Assembly: GCA_016932015.1 (NCBI GenBank)
Contig: JAFGDQ010000047.1
Location: 29,527 to 93,526 of the forward strand
Direction: 5' to 3'
DNA: 64,000 nucleotides
From: Spirochaetota bacterium
GTDB taxonomy: Bacteria; Spirochaetota; UBA4802; JAFGDQ01
The notes below the pieces were generated by a model. The model ran no database searches. It was not told the DNA's origin and was given only the letters and a program-made list of their open reading frames with translations. The position numbers and the translations under genes were made by a program. Positions within the stretch are counted from its first letter, which is position 1. Each line of letters starts with the position of its first letter. Below, in pieces: positions 56,554-64,000 of the stretch.

Positions 56554-59500
56554 TTAAGATTCATCCCTGACCGGCTTTACTTTTTTTATCTCATAACTGT
56601 TTCCTATAAGTATAAGCGCGTCTTTTCCTGATACGTCATTTCCGGGAGCTCCGGATTTGTTTTTTTCATTCGAGAAATCCAGCCATAATCCTTTTTTCAT
56701 ATTCAGGGGAGCATAAAGCAGAATCCTGTTAAACATTTCCGGGAAGATACAGTCAGTGTAAAGTCCCGGATTTTTCCCCGTAAAGGCTAAATATGCTTTT
56801 ATTCCGAGCTGCTTAAGAATTATTGATGCAAGTACTGCCTTATCTTCAGCACTGCCTTTTTTCTCTTTAATTATGTCAGCCGGATTTTCGGGAGAAAATA
56901 AATCATTACCTGTAAGAACAATCTTTTCGGAAACAAATTCAAAAACGGATTTAACAGTGTCTGCGCTATTTGACTTTTTGAATTCCGATAAAAAGGATTT
57001 GTTCAGCAGAGAATACTTCGTTTGAATAAGACCCGAATACCACATAACAAAATCTGCAGGATCTTTCATATTTGAAAATGAGAGGCAGGTATTTTCCTTT
57101 TCTTTGCCGGGGAGGTCTTTAAGTTCAATGGAATATATGTTTTTATTTTCCGATAACTCAGACTGGATCTTAAAATCACGGTTTATATTAAATTCAAATT
57201 TTATATCTTCAGGAGCGATTGCTTTTAAAAAGAAATAAGATAATGCTTCCTCTTTCCTTTTTATCATAATGTCTGAAGCAGAGAAAAAATTCAGGCCTTT
57301 CGGGCTGACAGGATTATCAATATAATAGCTGATATTTACAGCTGATCCATCAGTAACAGTTTCCAGGTTGATATAGCGACCGTTATTATTATTTATTATA
57401 TCATGATAGTCTGTGACGGCTCCGTCTTTATAGATTAAAATTTTAACAGGATGAATTTTCCCGTTAAAAGGAACCCTGTATTTTTTGTATTTGTCTGCCG
57501 GGTCAGTTTCATTGAATTGTATGAAGTCTTCACAGAATAATCTGCTGCCCCCGTCATTAAAAAATTTGAATATCATTTTTCTGGAAATAATATGTACAGG
57601 ATTCTGCTGATTGTCATTTATATCAACGGAATTGAAATCTGATTCATATTTTTTAAAAGGATTGTCGATTGCTCCGGTTCCCTGATAATTCTTAAAATCA
57701 CGGAGTTCAAAATTTGAAGGCTGAATTGAAAGAGCTTTGTCCCAGTACATTGAAGGGTCATTGCCTTTGTTATAGGAAATCTCGCCGAGTTTAATATTGT
57801 ATAAAGGATCATTTTTATTAAGTAGCCCCCGGAATATGTTTTTTTTTGCTTCTGAAAGGTTCCCGGTCAGTATGAGTGAATTGATAAACTCTTTTCCGAA
57901 AAAATCCGGGTCAGCTGATTTTCCAAGCTTAATAATTTCATTGTACATTCCAGCTTTGTAATAAACGGATGCCAGCTGTTTATATGAATTGGCTGACTGG
58001 CTGTGCGGAAGAACGGTTTTTAAAATTTCAATAGCTTTATGTAGATTTTTTTCTTTGTAATATTTTACTGCCAGTTTGGAAACTTTATCTGATTCAGGAT
58101 GTTCATTAAGAAGAAGGTTAATAATTTTTTCGAATTCAGCTTCATAACCGCTATCAAGAAACAATTCGGCCTTTTCAAGGGTTTGCAAAAAATTTCCGGA
58201 TTCGTTATTTTGATACAGATTATCAGATAAATGATTTTGGGAATTCAGCTCTTCGCTCAATAAAGCTTTATCAGGCTTATTGCTGAATGCAATATAATCA
58301 GGAAGGATTATTTTATCATTCTCATCAGTAATTACTGCTTTTAAACCGGCATCAGCTTCCTTCTCCATATAAAGCTTGATCATCATGGAAATTTTATCAG
58401 TGCTATTTATTTTTATAATATGCGGTGTATTGAAAAAACCGGTGACTGGTTTTTTGGATACTGTGTTTCCATTGATAAATATTTTGTATGCAGATTCTGA
58501 ATAAATTTTAATTAAAACAGTATCTTTGCATTTAAACGCGGTTGCTGCATAGGCAATGCCATTTTCAGGAAAATTATATTTTTTAAGATTAAGTGCTGTT
58601 TCTGAATCTTTAAGTGTAACTTTTTTGAGACCCGGGATTTCTTTAAGATCAATAATTTCCGGCAGAAAGGAGTAATCCAGATCTGCAGGCCCGTATTTTG
58701 AGTACGGGCCTGAAACGAGCCATTGTTTGATTGAATTTTTGTTGTCGGAAGCTTTTTCTATAACCGGAAGAGTAACTGGTTTAATTTCAAAATCGTTTTT
58801 ACCGGCAGAGAATGGCGGGTTGGAATTTTTTTCACTCGCTTTTTCTTTGTTAATGAAAGTAATATATTCCCGTATCCATTGATTATCTGTGTCTATATGC
58901 AATGCTTTGCGCATGTATTGAAATGCTGTCTCATTACTGTTCAGTTTGTGATAAATCAATCCTGTCTTAAGGAGCACATCACTGTTAAAAGGCGACAGCC
59001 TTTTAGCGTGAAGGATATATGGCAGTGCTTTTGCCGGACCTTGTGTATGCTCTGTAAGTTCCGCGTGTTTTAATCTGAGTCTCACATTGTTCGGGAACAG
59101 CTTTGCACTCTGATTAAGAATACTGTCAGCTTTATCATACATGCCTGCTTTAATTAAATTATCTGTCAGATTCCTGAAGTTTACAGAATCGGTTTTATCG
59201 AGTTTAAACAGATTATAACAGGCGAGCGCTGCATCCCTGTAACGGTTTTCTCCGGTGTAAATAATATTCTCAATTTCATAAGTATATGATTTGAATCCTG
59301 ACTGATTCAGCTTTTCGCATTCTTTCAATGCGGCAGGGTTCCAGCCTGATTTGGTAAAAATCAGAGCCCTGTATTTACGGATTTCCGCGGAAAAAGGGTC
59401 AGCTGTTTTAATGAGTTCAGTAATTTTGCAGGCGTCATATATATAATCATTGTTCAGTTTCAGCTTTACTGTTTCCAGCATGGATTCAATATTTCCGTTA

Positions 59501-60615
59501 AACGCATTTAAGGATTTTTTAAACAGAGAATTTCTCAAGCTGCTGTCGTTTTCAAGCATTCCGAAATAGTATAGCGAGACGGATTTGAGTAATTCATCAT
59601 CAGCTGCAGCAGAGAAATATTTCTTAAAATTTCCGGACTCTTCATCTATCAAATTTGCTGCATAAAAAAGATATCCGGTATTAAAGGCATCATAATAGTT
59701 CTCCTTCTGGCTCAGGCAGCTTTTTAAAGAATGAAAATATCTACTCGATATTAAAGAGCATGTTCCATTTACATTGCCTGCATAATTTTTTGCAATGCTG
59801 TCTGAATTACCTTCCGGATTTATGGGGATTCCATTCCTGTCTGTAAGTCTGAGCGAAATTATGCTGCCGTCTTTAGAACTGCCTGCTTTCATCCATAAAT
59901 TGTGTGTACCTTCTGTCAGGAATACTTTAACAAAATACTGATCATGACAGAAAGCGTGCCTTGAGTAGCTGGAGAATATTTTGTTTCCGTCTATATAGAC
60001 AGACGTGTGCCCGGTTTTTCCAATGGCAAGGCAATATTCCGAGTCTTCAGGAACAGAGAAGCCGGAAACCATATATACTGTCCTGTGAAAAGAACTTCCA
60101 AGAAGTTCCTGAATGTTTATTCTCCCTTCATTATCTATTGAAGCAGTAAAGGATTTAATATTTCCTGCCTGTTCATTAATATCAGATCTGTAAGTAAAAA
60201 TATCAGAAAAATTATCAGGAAGCAGAATTGTATATTTATTGAAAAAGCCTGAATTGTCTCTTTTCTTCAGGGCGTTGCCAATATTCCCTCTTTTTAGGTA
60301 AAGACGGTTTAAAAACAAATCAAGCCGTGATTTCAAAAAGGGATTTTCAGTTACTGCAATATTTCCGGAAATACTGTGATATGCTGATACTGCCCTGTCT
60401 GTTAGTTCGGGATATTTTACAAGTTCAAATAGCCTGAACAGATTTAGTTCGATTTCAGCAGGGTCATCAAGACTGATCGTCCAGTTTTCGAGAATATCAA
60501 TAGCTTCAGCATAATTGCATTGAACTTTCTGCTCAAGGTAATTTCTGAACTGGTTTTCAACCGCGAATGATTTTAAAGAAAAGAAAAAAATCGCGATAAG
60601 CATGAATTTTTTCAT
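56554..60615 (-). CDS. 1353-aa exported TPR-rich protein with C-terminal transglutaminase-like fold lacking the catalytic Cys/His
   Basis: Signal peptide; several TPR-like stretches. C-terminal KKGSAEDKAVLASIILKQLGIKAYLAF...FNRILLYAP...WLDFS aligns with GDC...FNH...D of transglutaminase cores, with C->A and H->R. Confidence 0.45.
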   Translation of the reverse strand: MKKFMLIAIFFFSLKSFAVENQFRNYLEQKVQCNYAEAIDILENWTISLDDPAEIELNLFRLFELVKYPELTDRAVSAYHSISGNIAVTENPFLKSRLDLFLNRLYLKRGNIGNALKKRDNSGFFNKYTILLPDNFSDIFTYRSDINEQAGNIKSFTASIDNEGRINIQELLGSSFHRTVYMVSGFSVPEDSEYCLAIGKTGHTSVYIDGNKIFSSYSRHAFCHDQYFVKVFLTEGTHNLWMKAGSSKDGSIISLRLTDRNGIPINPEGNSDSIAKNYAGNVNGTCSLISSRYFHSLKSCLSQKENYYDAFNTGYLFYAANLIDEESGNFKKYFSAAADDELLKSVSLYYFGMLENDSSLRNSLFKKSLNAFNGNIESMLETVKLKLNNDYIYDACKITELIKTADPFSAEIRKYRALIFTKSGWNPAALKECEKLNQSGFKSYTYEIENIIYTGENRYRDAALACYNLFKLDKTDSVNFRNLTDNLIKAGMYDKADSILNQSAKLFPNNVRLRLKHAELTEHTQGPAKALPYILHAKRLSPFNSDVLLKTGLIYHKLNSNETAFQYMRKALHIDTDNQWIREYITFINKEKASEKNSNPPFSAGKNDFEIKPVTLPVIEKASDNKNSIKQWLVSGPYSKYGPADLDYSFLPEIIDLKEIPGLKKVTLKDSETALNLKKYNFPENGIAYAATAFKCKDTVLIKIYSESAYKIFINGNTVSKKPVTGFFNTPHIIKINSTDKISMMIKLYMEKEADAGLKAVITDENDKIILPDYIAFSNKPDKALLSEELNSQNHLSDNLYQNNESGNFLQTLEKAELFLDSGYEAEFEKIINLLLNEHPESDKVSKLAVKYYKEKNLHKAIEILKTVLPHSQSANSYKQLASVYYKAGMYNEIIKLGKSADPDFFGKEFINSLILTGNLSEAKKNIFRGLLNKNDPLYNIKLGEISYNKGNDPSMYWDKALSIQPSNFELRDFKNYQGTGAIDNPFKKYESDFNSVDINDNQQNPVHIISRKMIFKFFNDGGSRLFCEDFIQFNETDPADKYKKYRVPFNGKIHPVKILIYKDGAVTDYHDIINNNNGRYINLETVTDGSAVNISYYIDNPVSPKGLNFFSASDIMIKRKEEALSYFFLKAIAPEDIKFEFNINRDFKIQSELSENKNIYSIELKDLPGKEKENTCLSFSNMKDPADFVMWYSGLIQTKYSLLNKSFLSEFKKSNSADTVKSVFEFVSEKIVLTGNDLFSPENPADIIKEKKGSAEDKAVLASIILKQLGIKAYLAFTGKNPGLYTDCIFPEMFNRILLYAPLNMKKGLWLDFSNEKNKSGAPGNDVSGKDALILIGNSYEIKKVKPVRDES

Positions 60616-60760
60616 TTGACTCTTGGTATATTAATTGTTAATTAAAATTTAGTATCTTTGTTTATGCCGTTCGGGGCAGGTTAAAATTTTATTTCTATTC
60701 CACCTTATCATACGGGCCTGATCATAATGATTAAGCGTAACTTATGAGATTTTAATAATA

Positions 60761-61753
60761 ATGAGAAAGAAAAAGGCAAATACAAAATTTTTTTATATAA
60801 AACCAGTTATTTCTATTCCGATGTTTTTTCTTTTATTTAATTTTTACGGGCACACGGCAGGAAGTAATTATTTTCCGGATATTTCAAACCCGTTTCATGA
60901 TGTTTTTTATTCGTACAATAATTACAATAAAAGTGAAGCAAAGAAATTACTGAATAGGCAGTATGATAAATTTTTTCAGAATCAGATATATATAAATTAC
61001 GGGCTCATACTTGAATATGAGGAAAATTTTTCAGAAGCAGAGAATTATTACAGGAAAGCTCTCAGGAACGATAAAAATTTATCGATAACATATCTACATA
61101 ATCTTTACAAAAAGCATAACAGGGAAAAGACATTACCGCTTCTTTTTGCGCTGAAAAAAAATATTAACAGCTGCTGGATAGATTATGAAATTGCCGTACA
61201 TTATGCCGAGAGTAATGATGAGGATAAGGCAATTGAATATTTATCATATGCAATAGACCGTGGCTTTTCATCAGCTGATCTGCTGCAGAAGGATAATGTT
61301 TTTGATTCGATCAGAAACAGGTCCGGCTTTAAAAGTCTTGTAAGAAAAGCAGAAAAAAATTACAGAAAACCGGATTCGATTGCAGAACAGATGAAAGCTG
61401 CCGAATATGAATATGAAGAAGACAAGCCCTATGGCATGATAAATGAACTCAGGATTGCAGCTTACTATGAAAACAGCGGCAGGGATGATAAAGCGCTGAA
61501 TATTCTGTCTTCTCTTGTCAGGTCAAAACCGGCTTTCAGAGATAAAAGCATAGCTCTTTTCCGGCTTGCGAGAATTAATGCCGGAAAAGGCAGCAGGAAT
61601 GATGCCAGACTGTATTTGAAAAGCTTTGTTGATCATATTTCCGGAGAAGAAGCGGATGACACCGGGTATAAGAGGCTGGTTAAGCTGATTTATAAGGATC
61701 TTATTTTAAATGACCGTTATTTAAGCAATATAGGACTGGATATGATTAATTAA
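60761..61753 (+). CDS. TPR-repeat protein, N-terminal membrane/signal segment
   Basis: ISIPMFFLLFNFYG hydrophobic segment. TPR-like units (AENYYRKALRND, AIEYLSYAIDRGF). Confidence 0.5.
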   Translation: MRKKKANTKFFYIKPVISIPMFFLLFNFYGHTAGSNYFPDISNPFHDVFYSYNNYNKSEAKKLLNRQYDKFFQNQIYINYGLILEYEENFSEAENYYRKALRNDKNLSITYLHNLYKKHNREKTLPLLFALKKNINSCWIDYEIAVHYAESNDEDKAIEYLSYAIDRGFSSADLLQKDNVFDSIRNRSGFKSLVRKAEKNYRKPDSIAEQMKAAEYEYEEDKPYGMINELRIAAYYENSGRDDKALNILSSLVRSKPAFRDKSIALFRLARINAGKGSRNDARLYLKSFVDHISGEEADDTGYKRLVKLIYKDLILNDRYLSNIGLDMIN

Positions 61754-61882
61754 ATTTACAATTTTTTATGGAATAATCTGCAAACCTCAGAGTAACATAT
61801 TAAGCAAACATTTCATGTTCTATTTTTTTGTAAAATGCTGCAGAATAGAGAATAATTTATTCTTTATCAGGGGGTATCCTGA

Positions 61883-62434
61883 ATGGACAGGAAAGAACTT
61901 TTAAAGCATGTTCATATTAAGCAGGGAGATATAACAAGAGAAAAGACGGACGCAATAGTGAACGCAGCGAATCCCACTCTTCTCGGAGGAGGCGGAGTGG
62001 ATGGTGCAATTCACAGAACTGCGGGCCCCGGACTGCTTGAAGAATGCAGGACTCTCGGTGGAGCTGATCACGGAGAGGCAAAGGTTACCAGGGGGTATAA
62101 TCTTCCAGCAAAGCATGTAATACATACTCCTGGCCCGATTTATAAAAACGGCTATAGCGGAGAAAAGGAAGTTCTTACTAAATCGTATTATAATTCCATG
62201 CTGCTTTGTAAAGAGAACAATCTGAAATCCGTTTCTTTTCCCGCAATATCAGCCGGCGTTTACGGGTACCCTAAAGATGAAGCATGCAGTGTAGCTGTTG
62301 ATACGGTGCTTAACTTTATGGAACAGGAAAATTATATAATTGATGTTTATTTTGTACTGTTCGACAGGGATAATTATGAGAGATATGAGAAGTATATTGC
62401 GAGTCTGCAGATAGGAAATAAGAATTCGATCTAA
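61883..62434 (+). CDS. macro domain protein (O-acetyl-ADP-ribose deacetylase, YmdB-like)
   Basis: DAIVNAANPTLLGGGGVDGAIHRTAGP and SVSFPAISAGVYGYP. Confidence 0.85.
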   Translation: MDRKELLKHVHIKQGDITREKTDAIVNAANPTLLGGGGVDGAIHRTAGPGLLEECRTLGGADHGEAKVTRGYNLPAKHVIHTPGPIYKNGYSGEKEVLTKSYYNSMLLCKENNLKSVSFPAISAGVYGYPKDEACSVAVDTVLNFMEQENYIIDVYFVLFDRDNYERYEKYIASLQIGNKNSI

Positions 62435-62528
62435 ATATTGACTGTTTCAATTTTTTTCACAGCGGACAATTTTTTATCAGCTGTAATCAATTTAGCTTTA
62501 TCTGTTGCAGTAAAAATAGTAATTGTAC

Positions 62529-62930
62529 TTATCCAAAGTTAATAATAATCTTTTCAGCCATGAGATAAATTGATTTGGTATATTCATAAAATTTATCGAT
62601 CATTTCCAAAGAAGGTTTCCCTCCGGGCAATAATCCATAATCAGCAGGATATCTGGTATCTATATAGACCTGATTTATTCTGTCTAATATATCATTATCA
62701 ATCTCAGGAATAATTTTTTGTTTTTCAATTTTCGCGAAGATCATTCTTAAATCATGAGTTTTTGGAACAGAATAATAATAAAGTTCTAATATTGACTTAA
62801 GTGACTTTTCAACTTATTGTTGGGAATGGAAAGCAGCGCTTTGTGTGAGGAATTCGTCATTTTTAATTTTTTCAACAGTAGCCAAATCAATTTTTGAAAA
62901 TTCGAGCCACTGTTTAGCTTGCTTTTTCAT
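62529..62930 (-). pseudogene. HEPN-domain toxin gene interrupted by one in-frame TAA
   Basis: The minus strand reads MKKQAKQWLEFSKIDLATVEKIKNDEFLTQSAAFHSQQ*VEKSLKSILELYYYSVPKTHDLRMIFAKI... in one 402-nt frame. The stop lies at 62814-62816. The ATG overlaps the end of the MNT gene. Confidence 0.7.
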
Positions 62931-63264
62931 ACAAGACTTTTCCGTGTGCGTGTATTTCTTTAAAAAATGAATTCATGTTCTTTTTAATAATATCATATTG
63001 AGGCAAGGTATATACAAGTAAATCTATTGGAGCTTCTTTATTGATTTCACGTAACTTTTTTCGTGCATCAAGTTTTATATTCATTCTTTCTTCATAGGTA
63101 TCCGGAAGATTGGTATCATTGAGTACAATTAATAAATCAATATCTCTATCTTCTTTAACAGTATTTATAGCAAGGGAACCAAATAGAATTATCTTGAAAA
63201 CATCTAATTCTTTCAATTTATCCAGTATTTCATTCAGATATAAATTGTATTCTTTTTTTTCCAT
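62914..63264 (-). CDS. minimal nucleotidyltransferase (MNT) antitoxin
   Basis: ILFGSLAINTVKEDRDIDLLIV (GS...DxD) nucleotidyltransferase motif. 116 aa. Confidence 0.8.
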   Translation of the reverse strand: MEKKEYNLYLNEILDKLKELDVFKIILFGSLAINTVKEDRDIDLLIVLNDTNLPDTYEERMNIKLDARKKLREINKEAPIDLLVYTLPQYDIIKKNMNSFFKEIHAHGKVLYEKAS

Positions 63265-63649
63265 AGCTTAAGCTGTATCTCTTTTAATATTTTTGTCGAG
63301 TATATTTTAATGTTTTAAATATATTTACTTTACAATTATTGCTTAATCCCTGGGACTTTTTTACTCGCAAAAATTTTTCTGAAAAAATATTCAATAATAT
63401 TATTTTCAATAAAATATAAAATCAATAAAAATAATGAGCTTGCTAAAAAATAAACCTATTGGATTTTTGAATAAAATATTATAAAAATAATTGAACATCA
63501 ATGTTATGATACATGTAATAATAAGATTAGGTATTTTTTTTAATGAAATGATCTTTACAAAGATTTTACATTAAATGATATGATAATTGTTAAGGAAATA
63601 AAATTTATTTAAAATAGCTATTACTTTTGCAAGGATAAAAATATAAAAT

Positions 63650-64000
63650 TATGAACTACATTGAACAATTGAAAACAGCATCGAAAAAATATAAAAGCAT
63701 AGTATGCATGGGACTTGATCCTTTAATTGACAGAATTCCTGTTGAAAAGGGATCAATTAAAGAAAAGATTGTATTTTTTTATGAGGAAATACTTAACAGA
63801 GTAATTCAGAAAGGCGATTATCCGGGAGCTGTGAAGCCGAACTATGCATATTATGCCCAATACGGTTTTGAAGGACTGGAAGCACTGTTTAAAATTATTG
63901 AGCTTTATAAATCTCAGGATATTCCAGTAATTCTTGATGCAAAAAGAGGGGATATTTCAACTACTGCAGCAGCATATGCCAGAGAATGCTTTGATTTCTT
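63650..64000 (+). CDS. pyrF: orotidine 5'-phosphate decarboxylase, type 2 (5' part; runs off the window)
   Basis: Not in the ORF track because there is no stop. My own translation from ATG 63650 gives MNYIEQLKTASKKYKSIVCMGLDP...AVKPNYAYYAQYG...ILDAKRGDISTTAAAYA. Confidence 0.8.

Noticed and set aside
62431-62538. Minus-strand peptide ...ITIFTATDKAKLITADKKLSAVKKIETVNI* resembling the C-terminal end of a PIN-domain toxin
   Set aside because: Only about 36 codons, no start codon, and it overlaps the macro-domain stop. It is too short to distinguish from chance and is noted only as a possible further toxin-antitoxin relic next to MNT-HEPN.
1-64000. CRISPR arrays, tandem repeats, IS elements, integrases, rRNA or tRNA genes
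   Set aside because: Reading through all intergenic spacers showed no regularly spaced direct repeats. No ORF has transposase or integrase motifs, and there is no tRNA-like cloverleaf. A sensitive scan (tRNAscan, ISfinder) was not possible.

Overview
AT-rich chromosomal window with about 55 protein genes, mostly tightly packed. I saw no rRNA, tRNA, CRISPR array, transposase or integrase. Housekeeping genes: rlmN, prfB, purC, an AICARFT-only purH-like gene, partial pyrF, PBP1A, lpxI. Late flagellar genes: fliS with a sigma-28-type promoter, then flgN-flgK-flgL, a 500-nt gap, and fliW-csrA. From about 16.7 to 33.1 kb lies a long run of exported envelope proteins: FecR-like, HEAT lipoprotein, Slt-type lytic transglycosylase, BNR propeller, LysM protein, OmpA-like coiled coil and two clear paralogues of unknown function. 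Two toxin-antitoxin loci are present: vapBC beside a decayed methyltransferase gene, and MNT-HEPN with a nonsense codon in HEPN. The items I consider most worth follow-up: (1) a compact redox cluster at 35.1-39.3 kb, with a DsrK/HdrD-like CCG iron-sulfur protein, a DsrM/NarI-like membrane protein, a membrane-anchored six-haem cytochrome c and a DsrC carrying both C-terminal cysteines, but no dsrAB in the window; (2) a GC-rich, hairpin-dense element of about 180 nt (44186-44365) in the otherwise AT-rich flgL-fliW gap, which matches no RNA family I can recognise; (3) a 1382-aa double-activase/dehydratase-like fusion next to an atypical PilZ-like protein. All functional calls rest on motifs read from the supplied translations and on remembered family signatures. 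No database search was run.
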